The notes beneath the pieces are model-generated. The model ran no database searches. It was not told where the DNA came from and saw only the letters and a program-made list of their open reading frames with translations. A DNA stretch of 64,000 nt from Candidatus Krumholzibacteriales bacterium (lineage in GTDB: Bacteria; Krumholzibacteriota; Krumholzibacteriia; Krumholzibacteriales; WJIX01). The position numbers were made by a program, and so were the translations under genes. The stretch is from the NCBI GenBank assembly GCA_046483305.1, contig JAWODM010000046.1, forward strand, positions 1 to 64,000. The letters are read 5' to 3'. This document shows positions 20,494 to 31,170 of this stretch, piece after piece. The stretch's first letter is position 1. Each line of letters begins with the position of its first letter.

Positions 20494-21264
20494 TCACAGA
20501 GACGTCCCCGCGGCCAGAACCGCAATCACCGAATGCCCCGCCGAGGCCAGCACCCGGAGGCACTCCCCTGCGGTCTCCCCGGTGGTGACAAGGTCGTCGA
20601 CCAGTACGATCCCGCCTGAGGCGGAGCCTCCGGCGGCCCTGAAAGCGCCCGCCACGTTTGACTTTCTCTTTTCCGGGGCCAGCTTTGCCTGGCTTCTGGT
20701 TCTCTTCTTTCTGAAGACGATATCCGTTCTGACCCCGCAGGCGGACCTGGCTGCTATTCCGCGGGCCAGAAGCTCCGCCTGGTTGTACCTTCTCCTTCTC
20801 TCCCTGGAGCGGTGAAGGGGAACCGGAACCAGTACAATTTCAGAAAGATCTGGTGCGCCCGGCTTTTCCGCATACCTGATCAGCGCCTCCGCCATCCACC
20901 AGGAGAGCGGGGAGGCCGCTGACCTGCCGTCCGAGTACTTCAGGTATTTCACCAGCGCGAGAAGTATCGAACAGGTACGGAAGGGGGCTATTACGGAAAC
21001 CCCTCCAAGCAGAGGCGGTTCCTGCCCCAGCGCCGGAGAAAGTTTCAGCCAGCAGGATCGGCAAAGGGCCCGCGCGGGAAGCTCTATCCCGGTCACCGGC
21101 GAAAATGTATGCCTGGCGCAGAAAAAGCCATAAAAGGCCCTATCAAACCTGCCGCCAAGGTCTATCGATTGTGGTATGGCCGCCCCGCAGATAAGACATT
21201 TCTCAGTGAAGATATGTGAAAGCAGGAAAGAAAAGAAAGACCCTGCAGCGCCCATTCGCCTCAC
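20494..21264 (-). CDS. comF: ComF family amidophosphoribosyltransferase-like protein
   Basis: CxxC pairs, PVPLH..RERRRRYNQA, LVDDLVTTGET; start uncertain. Confidence 0.85.
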   Translation of the reverse strand: MRRMGAAGSFFSFLLSHIFTEKCLICGAAIPQSIDLGGRFDRAFYGFFCARHTFSPVTGIELPARALCRSCWLKLSPALGQEPPLLGGVSVIAPFRTCSILLALVKYLKYSDGRSAASPLSWWMAEALIRYAEKPGAPDLSEIVLVPVPLHRSRERRRRYNQAELLARGIAARSACGVRTDIVFRKKRTRSQAKLAPEKRKSNVAGAFRAAGGSASGGIVLVDDLVTTGETAGECLRVLASAGHSVIAVLAAGTSL

Positions 21265-21281
21265 CGCCCCGATATCCCCTG

Positions 21282-22055
21282 TCAGGCTTTTTCAGCCCTC
21301 GCCCTGGAAAACCAAATAAGAAAAATTCCCAGCAGTAACAGCCCTATGCTGATCAGCTGGTTGTCGGTCAGCCCTCCCGCCACTATCGCCGAATCCTCAT
21401 AATACCTGACGAAATCTACCAGGAACCTGGCGACTGCGTAAAGGACGCAGAGTACTCCGAACAGGAAGCCGGGAGGCTGCCTCTTCTTTCTGTCGATAAG
21501 GATCAGAACCGCGAAAATAATCAGCCCGTAGAGGCTGGAATAGAGCTGGGTGGGATGTATATGAACGCCCGGGAAAATGTACCCGGCCGGCGCCTCGCCG
21601 GGGAATACCATCCCCACAGCGCAGGAGGTCGGTTCGCCGAAGCAGCAGCCGCTGAGGAAACAGCCGATCCTGGTGAGCATTATGCCAAGGCCTATGGAGG
21701 GAGCTATAATATCAGCCACCTGAAGAAAAGATGCCTTTTTTGCCCTTAGATATATACCTGATGAAATCACCGCCAGAACCAGGCCGCCGTAGTATGTGGC
21801 GCCCCCCTGCCAGAGAGCTACGATATCCAGTACTCCCTGGTAATGGTCCAGGTGGGTCAGGATATATAGCCCTCGGGATCCGATAATAGCCGATATCACT
21901 ATTATAATGCTGAGGTCGTAAATCAGCCCGGGGGAAACCTGCCGCTTTTCCGCTCTGAGGCCGGCCAGCAATATCCCGAAAAAGAAGCTCAGAGCGAGCA
22001 TAAATCCGTAAGAATATATCTTCAATTTCCATATCTCAATCAGAATTGGGTGCAA
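21282..22055 (-). CDS. lgt: Prolipoprotein diacylglyceryl transferase
   Basis: YSYGFM, GGATYYGG, RIGCFLSGCCFG, HPTQLY; TTG start at 22055 behind GAGGAGG. Confidence 0.93.
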   Translation of the reverse strand: MHPILIEIWKLKIYSYGFMLALSFFFGILLAGLRAEKRQVSPGLIYDLSIIIVISAIIGSRGLYILTHLDHYQGVLDIVALWQGGATYYGGLVLAVISSGIYLRAKKASFLQVADIIAPSIGLGIMLTRIGCFLSGCCFGEPTSCAVGMVFPGEAPAGYIFPGVHIHPTQLYSSLYGLIIFAVLILIDRKKRQPPGFLFGVLCVLYAVARFLVDFVRYYEDSAIVAGGLTDNQLISIGLLLLGIFLIWFSRARAEKA

Positions 22056-22065
22056 AATTTCCTCC

Positions 22066-23394
22066 TCATTCTCCGCTGACGCTGAGCCCGCTGACCAGAA
22101 CCGGGGGCGAGCCGGTATCTCCGACAAAATGCAGGCCGCTTCCGATCTCAGCTATGCCGTACAGAAGATCCAGTATGCTTCCCGCTACCGTCATCTCGCA
22201 GAGAGGGTGCTTTCTCTCACCTGAGCTGATGTAATGTCCGTTGAAACCCAGGGAGAAATCACCTGATATGGTATCTGCGGTGTGTATCCCCATAATGTTC
22301 TGTATCAGGACTCCCCTGTCGATTCCGGCTATCATATCATCCATTCCCCTGGCTCCCGGTTCCAGGTACAGGTTGGCCGCTCCCGGTTCTGGTATCGCCT
22401 TAAACGACGGCCTGACGGCGTTTCCCGGCCTTCCCCCTCCCATCTTCCTGGCGGTGGCCGAAGTATGGAAATAACCTTTCAACACACCTCCGCTGATCAG
22501 TTCGATTCTGCCGGCGGGAACCCCCTCATCGTCGAAGACGCAGTTCCCGCATCCTCCCTCCAGCGCCGGGTCGTCAACAATGTTAACATACTCCGGGGCC
22601 AGGTCGCTGTTCAATTTCCCGGCCAGGCATGACATGCCCTTGGTTACCAATTCCGCGGAGAGGATATCCTCCAGAAATCCGAGCATATCGATAAAAGCGT
22701 AACTGTCGAACAGCGCCGGCAGGCGCCCTCCCCGGATCTTCCTTGACCCCAGCAGGCTTACCGCCCTGGCGGCGGCTCTCCTTCCGGTCATTCTGAAATC
22801 CACCCCTCCCCGCTCCGGCGACTGGTGCCAGAATCCGCCGCTTCTTATCTCATCCCCCCTTCTGGCTATTGCTGAAATGAAACAGGAACAGCACCCCCGG
22901 TAATCTTCGCGGACGAATCCCCTGGTGCTGCCCACCGTAACCCTGGTCCAGCTCTCGCTGTAGCCGGCATTTCTGGTATTCACCACCTCGCCGCTGTAGC
23001 TGAACGCTTGTTCCTCCATCTCCAGCACTCTTTCCGTCAGCATCTCTACATCGGGTTCCCCTCGATCGGAGAGGTCCGGCTCTCTTTCCAGCTGATGGAA
23101 ATCGGCAATCAACATCTCTCCGGTGGGAGATCCCGCAGCCGCGGATGCGGCCGCCTCTTCAAAAGCGCTCTCCAGGGCGGCTTTGGAAAGATCGCTGCTG
23201 AAAGCGTACCCGCTTCTGCTATTCTCCACCAGCCTGATCCCGACGCCCCTGTCACGGTATCTTTCAATCGACTCGGTGCTGCCACGGTGGACTTCTATCT
23301 CCAGGCCCCTGCTGTCCTCGGCGAATACCTCGCAATCGACATTACGGCTCTTTGCGATATCAAGTATATGATTTACGTATTCTTTCAAACTCAC
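22066..23394 (-). CDS. pmbA: PmbA/TldE family protein
   Basis: GVGIRLV, FDDEGVP, PGNA, SGDFS; lacks the TldD HExxxH motif. Confidence 0.85.
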   Translation of the reverse strand: MSLKEYVNHILDIAKSRNVDCEVFAEDSRGLEIEVHRGSTESIERYRDRGVGIRLVENSRSGYAFSSDLSKAALESAFEEAAASAAAGSPTGEMLIADFHQLEREPDLSDRGEPDVEMLTERVLEMEEQAFSYSGEVVNTRNAGYSESWTRVTVGSTRGFVREDYRGCCSCFISAIARRGDEIRSGGFWHQSPERGGVDFRMTGRRAAARAVSLLGSRKIRGGRLPALFDSYAFIDMLGFLEDILSAELVTKGMSCLAGKLNSDLAPEYVNIVDDPALEGGCGNCVFDDEGVPAGRIELISGGVLKGYFHTSATARKMGGGRPGNAVRPSFKAIPEPGAANLYLEPGARGMDDMIAGIDRGVLIQNIMGIHTADTISGDFSLGFNGHYISSGERKHPLCEMTVAGSILDLLYGIAEIGSGLHFVGDTGSPPVLVSGLSVSGE

Positions 23395-23400
23395 TTCCTA

Positions 23401-24672
23401 TCAGTACTCATAAAATCTCATTCCAAAGTTCAGAACGATACCAACAAGAAAACAGCTGGTCAACATGGAACTTCCCCCGTAGCTGAGAAAGGGAAGCGGA
23501 AGACCGGTGACAGGCGCCAGCCCGATGGTCATTCCGATATTGACGGCGGCATGAAAAATAAAATAGGTACAGATCCCGACAGCGGCCAGCGAAGCGAAAC
23601 GGCTCTTGGCCCTGGCCGCTATACCCAGTATACGATAGGCCAGTATCAGAAAGAGAATCAAGACTACCAGGCTCCCCAGTAACCCGGTCTCCTCGCTGAG
23701 TACCGAGTATACGAAGTCCGAATGCCTCTCCGGCAGGAATTCGAGCATCTTCTGGGTTCCCTGCAGGAACCCCTTGCCGGTTATACCCCCGGAACCCACC
23801 GCAACCTTGGACTGGTAAACCTGCCATCCGGTTCCCAGTATATCGGATTCCGGCCTCAGGAAAGCGAAAACTCTTCTCTGCTGATACGGCTTCAGGTATC
23901 CGAGAAGGTAAGGAACGGCCAGGATTACAGCCAGGTTAACTCCCAGAAGCATTGCGCTCTGGAAAATCCGGTGCCTCCTCCGGTAGGCGATTATGAGTAT
24001 GAATATGAAAAATATCAGCAGTGAGAAGGGATAGTTCCCTTCGCTGATGGAATGCTTGCTGTATATGGTCAGAAAGGCGTTCAATACCGGGGTTATGAAC
24101 AGAAGCATTATGCCCTCGTCCAGCCCCCTCCAGTAGAGCATGGCCAGCAGTATCGCCGGGAATACTATTGATGTTCCCAGGTCCGGCTGCTGAATGATCA
24201 GGATGAAAGGCACTGCCACTATAAGCGCGGATAGGGATATTACCCGGATGGATTCGGGGGAACGCTCCTTCTTGGAAAGATACCTGGCCAGCAGAAATAT
24301 TGTGGCTATCTTCATGAATTCGCTCGGCTGAATCCTGAGGGAACCGATGTTTATCCACCGGCCGGAATCGCCGGAACCCGGGAAGAAGAAAAGAAACATC
24401 AGCATTAACAGCCCCAGGAAGTAGAACAGGTACCCGCCGGCCTCATAGTACCTGAAAGGTATCAGGGCCCCCGCCAGGAGGACAGCCATCCCCAGGATCG
24501 CCCACAGGAGCTGCCTGTTATAGTAATGATAGGGATCCTCCTGGTTTGCCGTATCCATCAGCTTTTCCGGTATATAACCGATGGAATAGAGATTCACCAA
24601 CCCGATGGCGATCAGTGATACGGTCACCAGAAGAAGAATCCAGTCGAAATTCTCAAGGTGTTTGGTCTTCAC
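23401..24672 (-). CDS. rodA: Rod shape-determining SEDS glycosyltransferase RodA
   Basis: IQPSEFMK, QPDLGT, FLPERHSDF, GLPLPFLSYGGSS; GTG start at 24672. Confidence 0.95.
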   Translation of the reverse strand: MKTKHLENFDWILLLVTVSLIAIGLVNLYSIGYIPEKLMDTANQEDPYHYYNRQLLWAILGMAVLLAGALIPFRYYEAGGYLFYFLGLLMLMFLFFFPGSGDSGRWINIGSLRIQPSEFMKIATIFLLARYLSKKERSPESIRVISLSALIVAVPFILIIQQPDLGTSIVFPAILLAMLYWRGLDEGIMLLFITPVLNAFLTIYSKHSISEGNYPFSLLIFFIFILIIAYRRRHRIFQSAMLLGVNLAVILAVPYLLGYLKPYQQRRVFAFLRPESDILGTGWQVYQSKVAVGSGGITGKGFLQGTQKMLEFLPERHSDFVYSVLSEETGLLGSLVVLILFLILAYRILGIAARAKSRFASLAAVGICTYFIFHAAVNIGMTIGLAPVTGLPLPFLSYGGSSMLTSCFLVGIVLNFGMRFYEY

Positions 24673-24676
24673 GCTC

Positions 24677-26596
24677 TCACCTTCCCGCTGCCGGCCTGGC
24701 CTGGAATCCCGGCTCTGGATCAGAGACGGTAATCTCCCCGGCTTTATTGTTGTCATTTCCGGCATGCCCGGGTATCTCTCCCAGAATTTCCCGGAAATAG
24801 TACCGCATTACATCACGGGCCAGCGGCCCGGCCTCCACTCCGCCGTGCCCGGCGTTCTCCAGAACCACCACTATGGCGAAACGGGGGGATTTCACCGGAG
24901 CGAAAGCCACGAACAGGGCATGGTCCTCTCCATGCGGGTTCTGAGATGTTCCTGTCTTGCCCGCCGATGTCAGGCCCTCCACGCGGGAAAACCTTCCGGT
25001 GCCAAGCTCCTCTTCCACCACACCCCTCATCGCCCTTCTGACGTACCTGAACGCTTCCCTGTCCAGCCGGCTTACCGGACGCGGGTTGCCGCTGCCGAGG
25101 TAAACCACCTCTTCTCCGGCATCCAGTATTCTGTCCACCAGGTGCGGGACTACCATTTTTCCGCCATTGGCGAATATGGAGGTAATCAGGGCAAGCTGCA
25201 CCGGCGTGGCAAGAATATCCCCCTGCCCGATTGAGCAGTTCAGCAGATGCCCCCTGGTCCATTTCCCCTTCCCGAACTTCCGGTCGAAATAATCCCTGTC
25301 CGGTATCAGCCCGGCTGCCTCGGACGGAAGATCTATGCCGGTCTTTCTCCCCATCCCGAATACCCGGCCTCCCTCGGCCAGAGTGTTCGCGGAAAGCATC
25401 TTCCCGATCTGGTAAAAATAGACATCGCATGACTGAACGATGGAGCGGTAGAGGTCCAGCCTCCCGTGCCCCTCCTCCTTCCAGCACTTGAAGTACCGGT
25501 TACCGAACCTGTACCTGCCGGCGCAGGGCTCGAAAGATCTCATTCCAGGACCATTCCCCTCCTTCAGGTATATGTAAGCAACCATAAGCTTGTGGATAGA
25601 GCCGGGGGGATAGGTCGCCTGAACGGACCTGTTGAACAGAGGTTTTTCCGGGTGGTAGTTAAGGCTGTCCCATATTTCGCCGGTAATGCCCACTGAGATG
25701 GTATTGGGATCGAAATCGGGATAACTGGAAGCGGCCAGGATCCTGCCGGTGGCCGGCTCCATAATAACAATACTCCCCCTCCTTCCCTCCAGGGCCCGGT
25801 CCAGATACTGCTGAAGGTCCAGATTAATGGTCAGATAAAGCTGATTCCCCGGCACCGGGGGGTGGGGACGTGTCCTGCTTCGAAGCTGGCCGTCCTCAAA
25901 GTAACTGTAATACTCCCCCAGCTTTTTCCCTCCCGCGTTGGTCTCCACCAGTCTCACCCCGTCGGTCCCCCTGAGATAACGGTCGTACTGGTATTCCACC
26001 CCCGCTCTTCCAATTATTTCGCCGGGCCTTATTTCTTCCGATGACTGCACCTCTTCTTCGGTAACCTCTCCCACGTATCCGAGAATATGAGCGGCGGTAG
26101 AGCCATACAGGTACTTTCTCCTGTGTTTGGTCAGCAGTTTAAAGAATGGAAACAGCTCCCGGTTCTCCATGAGAATCGATATCTGCCGCTTGTCGGCGTT
26201 GGAGAGAACGGTCATGGCCCTTCCGTCGGGATACTTCTCGTTCCATCTATTGAGATTTTCTATTAATTTGCCGCCGTCGATCTTCATCCACTCACAGGCC
26301 AGACGGACCCTCTCCTCATTCCCTCTTGCCTCGCCGGGCAGGACCTCAACCTGGTAACGGGGAGTATCTATAACCATTTTCCTGCCTTTGGAATCCCTTA
26401 TCAGCCCCCTGGGCGCCAGGACCCGTTCCCGTCTTATCCGGTTGGAAAGAGCCAGCTTGCGGTAGTAGTCATTCCTTATGACCTGCAGGTGGAACAGCCT
26501 TACCGCAAAAACCGCAAACAGGAAGGTAATGAAGAAATAAATGATCTCCCTTTTCCGGCCGGGAAACCGGCCGCCACGGCCGTTAGTATCTGCCAC
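24677..26596 (-). CDS. mrdA: Penicillin-binding protein 2
   Basis: APRGLIRD dimerisation domain; PGSIHK (SxxK), SCD, KTGT; start at 26596 (GTG) or 26617. Confidence 0.95.
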   Translation of the reverse strand: MADTNGRGGRFPGRKREIIYFFITFLFAVFAVRLFHLQVIRNDYYRKLALSNRIRRERVLAPRGLIRDSKGRKMVIDTPRYQVEVLPGEARGNEERVRLACEWMKIDGGKLIENLNRWNEKYPDGRAMTVLSNADKRQISILMENRELFPFFKLLTKHRRKYLYGSTAAHILGYVGEVTEEEVQSSEEIRPGEIIGRAGVEYQYDRYLRGTDGVRLVETNAGGKKLGEYYSYFEDGQLRSRTRPHPPVPGNQLYLTINLDLQQYLDRALEGRRGSIVIMEPATGRILAASSYPDFDPNTISVGITGEIWDSLNYHPEKPLFNRSVQATYPPGSIHKLMVAYIYLKEGNGPGMRSFEPCAGRYRFGNRYFKCWKEEGHGRLDLYRSIVQSCDVYFYQIGKMLSANTLAEGGRVFGMGRKTGIDLPSEAAGLIPDRDYFDRKFGKGKWTRGHLLNCSIGQGDILATPVQLALITSIFANGGKMVVPHLVDRILDAGEEVVYLGSGNPRPVSRLDREAFRYVRRAMRGVVEEELGTGRFSRVEGLTSAGKTGTSQNPHGEDHALFVAFAPVKSPRFAIVVVLENAGHGGVEAGPLARDVMRYYFREILGEIPGHAGNDNNKAGEITVSDPEPGFQARPAAGR

Positions 26597-27098
26597 CTGG
26601 ATACACCACTCTTTCAAAGCTTATTTCCAGAATCTTCCATATCAACGCCGCTATGGCCGAAGTGAACAGAGCGGAGAGCAGGGAATATCTGAAAAATCCC
26701 AGAAGCACCGGCACCGGAGAGAAAGACTCCACTATATTAAGGGCTATTATGTCCTTTACCAGATAAGCCGCAAAAAACAGCAACGCCCGGAAAAGTGTGT
26801 TGTCAGGCAGATAATCCTTCCCCATCCGGGCAACCATGTAAGCAGCTACGGAGTTTCCCAGGGCATTCATTCCCAGGAAAGAGGCGTTCCCCAGGTCCTG
26901 CAGAAACCCCAGCAGGAAACCGATTACTACCGCGGTGACCGGGTCCCTGTCCACAACCAGAATCAGCATCAGCACAAAGATAAGGTCCGGAACCGGAGAG
27001 AGGGGAGAGATCCGGTTCACCACCGAGAGCTGGATCACCAGCACCACGGCCGAGACCAGAAACAGCCTGAGAATATAGAGATACCTCTCCTTCATCAT
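26583..27098 (-). CDS. mreD: Rod shape-determining protein MreD
   Basis: PDL...GFLLGFLQD, hydrophobic, synteny. Confidence 0.9.
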   Translation of the reverse strand: MMKERYLYILRLFLVSAVVLVIQLSVVNRISPLSPVPDLIFVLMLILVVDRDPVTAVVIGFLLGFLQDLGNASFLGMNALGNSVAAYMVARMGKDYLPDNTLFRALLFFAAYLVKDIIALNIVESFSPVPVLLGFFRYSLLSALFTSAIAALIWKILEISFERVVYPGGRY

Positions 27099-27937
27099 AA
27101 TCCGCCCTCCGTATCCCTTATCTCCTCAACTATCCTGCTGTAATCCCATTTATCGCTGCTCATTACTATGAAAAGCTCCTCCACGGTCCCCAGGTCGGCC
27201 ATACTGACTACCCTCACCCTCCTGGAAACGCGTTCCTCTTCATCCCTTATGCTGAATACTATCCCCACCGGGAAACCTCCGGGGAAGGCCTTGCCCAGGC
27301 CGCTGGTAACCAGGGTGTCCCCCACCATCACATCCTCATCCTTGGAAACGTAATCAAGATTGAAGTAATTTCCGTAATCCCATCTGAGAACCCCTATAAC
27401 CCTGCTTCTCCTGTCCCGGCAGCTTACCGATACGGAATTGTTGTTAATCAGTATCACCCGTGACGAGGAGGGGAATACCTGAATAATCCTGCCCACCACC
27501 CCACGGTAGCCCACTACCGGCATCCCCTTGAGGATGCCGTCGTTACTTCCCCTGTCCACGGTGACGGAATGGTGATAAACGTTGGAAGACATCGCTATTA
27601 CCTCGCAGGGCAGGAACCTGTAGTGGGAATCCCGCCGGAAGTTCAGCAGATTACGCATCCTCTCGCGCTCTTGTTTGAAATGCAGCAGACGGCTTCGCTC
27701 GTAACTGAGAGCGGCCACTACCTCTCGAAGCTTATCGTTCTCCGCCCGCAGGCTGTCCAGGTCGGCAAAATACTTCTGCGCCTTCTCCACCGGCGCCAGC
27801 AGAAAGGAGCTGAACTCGCGGGCAGAATGGACCTTGCTCTCTTCATCCAGATTAAGCATCAGAATGGAAAGAATTACCGCGATCGCAAGAACCGTCTTGT
27901 CGCGGTGAGTGTCAAATAAATATGAGAAAATGGCCAT
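27095..27937 (-). CDS. mreC: Rod shape-determining protein MreC
   Basis: TM plus coiled coil; VGDTLVTSGLGKAFPGGFPVG. Confidence 0.93.
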   Translation of the reverse strand: MAIFSYLFDTHRDKTVLAIAVILSILMLNLDEESKVHSAREFSSFLLAPVEKAQKYFADLDSLRAENDKLREVVAALSYERSRLLHFKQERERMRNLLNFRRDSHYRFLPCEVIAMSSNVYHHSVTVDRGSNDGILKGMPVVGYRGVVGRIIQVFPSSSRVILINNNSVSVSCRDRRSRVIGVLRWDYGNYFNLDYVSKDEDVMVGDTLVTSGLGKAFPGGFPVGIVFSIRDEEERVSRRVRVVSMADLGTVEELFIVMSSDKWDYSRIVEEIRDTEGGL

Positions 27938-27938
27938 A

Positions 27939-28979
27939 TCACAAACGGGAGGTTTTCATTAGAATCTTCTCATAATCCTGGATATTGTTCAGGATTTTCC
28001 CGGTCCCGAGCACAACGCAGGTAAGCGGGTCCTCCACCACATTTATCGGAAGATTGGTTTCTTCCTTGAAAAGCTGACCCAGGTCCCTGAGCAGCGCTCC
28101 TCCTCCCATCATCACTATCCCCCTTTCAACGATATCGGCGGCCAGCTCGGGCGGTGTCTTTTCGAGAGCGGTCTTCAGCGCCGCCACGATCCTGCCCAGC
28201 GGTTCGGAGAGAGCCTCTGAAATCTCCACGCTGGAGATACGCAGTGTTTTGGGTATCCCCGAAACCAGGTCGCGCCCCTTGATCTCCATCTCCATCTCCT
28301 CGCTCTTGACCGAGGCGGCCCCGATGGTCTTCTTTATATTCTCCGCGGTCTGATCACCAATAAGCAGATTATAGGCTTTCTTTATATGCTGGACAATCAT
28401 CTCATCCATTTTGTCCCCGCCGATACGTATCGATATATCGGTTACTATTCCGTCCAGGGCGATAACCGCTATCTCGGTTGTACCCCCTCCGATATCTATA
28501 ACCATGTTTCCGGAAGGCTTATCCACCGGGAGGCCCACCCCTATGGCCGCGGCGATAGGCTCGGCAACCAGGTAAACAGCTCTCGCTCCCGCGTTCTTCG
28601 CCGAATCGATAACCGCCCTTCTCTCCACCTCGGTAATTCCTGAAGGGACGCTGATAACTATCCTCGGCCTGATGAAGAAATGCTTCTTGAGAGATTTCCT
28701 GATGAATTCGCGTAGCATGATCTCGGTTATCTCAAAATCGGCAATAACCCCGTCTTTCATGGGCCTTACCGCCACAATATGATCGGGCGTCTTGCCCAGC
28801 ATCGATTTGGCTTCGGCCCCCACCGCGTGCACCTTTCCGGACTTCTGATCCACCGCCACCACTGAAGGTTCATTCAGAACTATCCCTCTGCCCTTAAGGA
28901 AGACCAGGGTGTTGGCAGTGCCCAGATCTATAGCGATATCATTTGAGAGATATTTGCCGAGATTCTTAAAAAACACCAT
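27939..28979 (-). CDS. mreB: Actin-like rod shape protein MreB
   Basis: IDLGTANT, RPMKDGVIADF, DIGGGTTE, GGGALL. Confidence 0.98.
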   Translation of the reverse strand: MVFFKNLGKYLSNDIAIDLGTANTLVFLKGRGIVLNEPSVVAVDQKSGKVHAVGAEAKSMLGKTPDHIVAVRPMKDGVIADFEITEIMLREFIRKSLKKHFFIRPRIVISVPSGITEVERRAVIDSAKNAGARAVYLVAEPIAAAIGVGLPVDKPSGNMVIDIGGGTTEIAVIALDGIVTDISIRIGGDKMDEMIVQHIKKAYNLLIGDQTAENIKKTIGAASVKSEEMEMEIKGRDLVSGIPKTLRISSVEISEALSEPLGRIVAALKTALEKTPPELAADIVERGIVMMGGGALLRDLGQLFKEETNLPINVVEDPLTCVVLGTGKILNNIQDYEKILMKTSRL

Positions 28980-28988
28980 ATGATCCTT

Positions 28989-29669
28989 TCAACTGTATAT
29001 TAACCCTCTTTCACGCAAACTCACAAAACTTCCGCCACCGATTATAACATGATCGAGTAAATCTATTCCCATCAATCTGCCGCACTGATAAAACCTTTCG
29101 GTAATATCCCGGTCCTCTTCGCTCGGTTCGGGATTACCGGTGGGGTGGTTGTGCACTAGAATTATACCGGCGGCGCTGGCAACCACTGCCTCCTTGAATA
29201 TCTCCCTGGGATGCACCAGAGCTGCGTCGAGAGATCCGACCGCCGCGGTGACAATCTTAAGGATGCCGTTCTTGGTATTCATCAGAATAACTCTGAAGTG
29301 CTCCCTGTCCAGAGCCGACATTTCCGGCACCATCAGCTCGGCTACATCTTCCGGGCCATTGACAACCTGAATCCGCCGCTCTTTTGAAGAAATCAGGCAC
29401 CGCCGCCCCAGCTCAAAAGAAGCCTTAAGCCTTATGGCAGCGGCTCTGCCGATCCCGGCAAACTTCATGAGTTCATTAATGCCGGCCTTCTCAATATCAT
29501 CAAGGCTGCCGAAACGCTCAAAAAGCTCTCCCGCAGTGATCCTTCCCGAATATCCCCCCGAATTGCCAAGAACCAGGGCTACTAACTCGGTATCACCCAG
29601 TCTGTTGAAACCCCTCAGGCGAGTAACATCCTGTAAACACCTGAGCGATTTTTCAGAAAATCCACCCAT
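28989..29669 (-). CDS. radC: RadC family JAB-domain protein
   Basis: VHPREIFK, HNHPTG...S..D, LLDHVII; canonical radC-mreB synteny. Confidence 0.93.
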   Translation of the reverse strand: MGGFSEKSLRCLQDVTRLRGFNRLGDTELVALVLGNSGGYSGRITAGELFERFGSLDDIEKAGINELMKFAGIGRAAAIRLKASFELGRRCLISSKERRIQVVNGPEDVAELMVPEMSALDREHFRVILMNTKNGILKIVTAAVGSLDAALVHPREIFKEAVVASAAGIILVHNHPTGNPEPSEEDRDITERFYQCGRLMGIDLLDHVIIGGGSFVSLRERGLIYS

Positions 29670-29774
29670 CTCGCACCTCCCGTCATCACTCTGAAATTAC
29701 CAGACTATGCTGGCGAATTCAAGCTGTTTTACCGTCCCGGTAAAGATTAAACCAATTATTTTTTCCAGTCAACT

Positions 29775-31001
29775 TCACGATGCTGTTTCGCAGGTTTTCC
29801 GGTACTCCATCCTGGCAAAATCGGCCCATTCGCTCTCCGGAAAATCAGATATGATTCTCCGGTAGTTTTCCATCGCCTTTTCCCTCTCCCCGAGCCGGTC
29901 TCTCTGCAGGCCGGCAAGCCTGAGGATAACAAAGGACACCTGATCGGAAATGGGATAGGCCTCGAGGAAATGTTTATAAGCATCCGCAGCGGCATGAAAT
30001 TTCATGGACCTCTCGCAGCCGCAGGCCAGGTCCAGATAATCTCTTTCTCCTATCCGAAAACCCCTTACACTCTTTACCGCCTCGGACAGGATATCCTCGG
30101 CTTCGCCCCTCCTCCCGCTTTCCAGCTCCGTCTGTATTGCCCCGGCGTAATGCTTCTGAGCGCTGCCCCAGTCTCCACTGCATATATAGGCCCGCGCCAG
30201 CTCGGTCCGGACTTCGCTGTCGCCGGGTACCAGTTCAAGATAATCGAGGTACTGCCCCTGCGAGGCATACCACCTGGATTCCCTGAAATAATTCCTCGCT
30301 CTCACCAGAGACCTTTCCCTGGAGGCTTCCCGGGCAGCGCCCAGAAGAAAAGCGGCCAGAACGCCGGCCAGGAATCCGCCCACATGCACTCCGTACGCTA
30401 TCGAAACCCCTCCCGAATGAAACTGGATCAGGGCGTAAACCGCCTGATAGACAAACCAGGCTATTACCCCTATTACCGCGGGTACGTATTTCCTGCCCGC
30501 CCGGTTAACCGCCTGGAGGGGCATGAAGACCCAGTATGCGACCCTGATCCTGGCGAAATAGAACCTCACCAGGAAAGCTCCCAGGAGGCCGCTGGTGGCT
30601 CCGGAGGCTCCTCCCACCGCGGTGTTAAGCAGCGCGGGGTTCCAAAGCTTCACCAGAGCCAGATGGGTGTACGCGCCCGCAACCGCGGAAAGGGCAAAAA
30701 TAATAAAGTATCTGCCGGGGCCGAACCTGTCCTCGAGAACCCTTCCGAATATGAAGAGATACAACATGTTCCCAATCAGGTGAACCCACCCGGTATGGAA
30801 AAAGGCGTGGCTGAGAGCCGCGGCGGGGCTCGGATTACCGGGCAGAAAGAGCAGATCCACCGCGCGGAATCCCACCGAAGAGGGGAGATAGCGGTAAACC
30901 AGGAAAACAACCACCGAAGTAACAATGAAAAAGGTGGTTACCGGGGCCCTTCTTACTCTCTTTATATCCAGCCCTACCGGTATGTAGTAAAAGAAGTACA
31001 A
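29775..31001 (-). CDS. Rhomboid serine protease with C-terminal TPR domain
   Basis: HLIGNMLYL, GASGA, HVGGF; C-terminal TPR-like helices ending IISDFPESEWA. Confidence 0.88.
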   Translation of the reverse strand: MYFFYYIPVGLDIKRVRRAPVTTFFIVTSVVVFLVYRYLPSSVGFRAVDLLFLPGNPSPAAALSHAFFHTGWVHLIGNMLYLFIFGRVLEDRFGPGRYFIIFALSAVAGAYTHLALVKLWNPALLNTAVGGASGATSGLLGAFLVRFYFARIRVAYWVFMPLQAVNRAGRKYVPAVIGVIAWFVYQAVYALIQFHSGGVSIAYGVHVGGFLAGVLAAFLLGAAREASRERSLVRARNYFRESRWYASQGQYLDYLELVPGDSEVRTELARAYICSGDWGSAQKHYAGAIQTELESGRRGEAEDILSEAVKSVRGFRIGERDYLDLACGCERSMKFHAAADAYKHFLEAYPISDQVSFVILRLAGLQRDRLGEREKAMENYRRIISDFPESEWADFARMEYRKTCETAS

Positions 31002-31105
31002 TAAAAATCTCCCGCCACCCGGCTCTCCGGGGAGGGAAAATTGCCGGAATTACGTAAACTTCCTGTTATTTTGCAATATACAAGCAAGTTACGGACCGTA
31101 AACAG

Positions 31106-31140
31106 AAAAAGCGGGGGGCAAAATCGAACCCCCCGCTTTT
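31106..31140. terminator. Intrinsic terminator of the outer-membrane protein gene, probably bidirectional
   Basis: AAAAGCGGGGGG-N10-CCCCCCGCTTTT, about 30 bp past the stop at 31171. Confidence 0.85.
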
Positions 31141-31170
31141 ATATAATGCGTATCTCCTGTTTAAACGCTT

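Noticed and set aside
28989..29669. radC as a marker of a mobile or anti-defence element
   Set aside because: It is the long chromosomal form in the canonical radC-mreBCD context.
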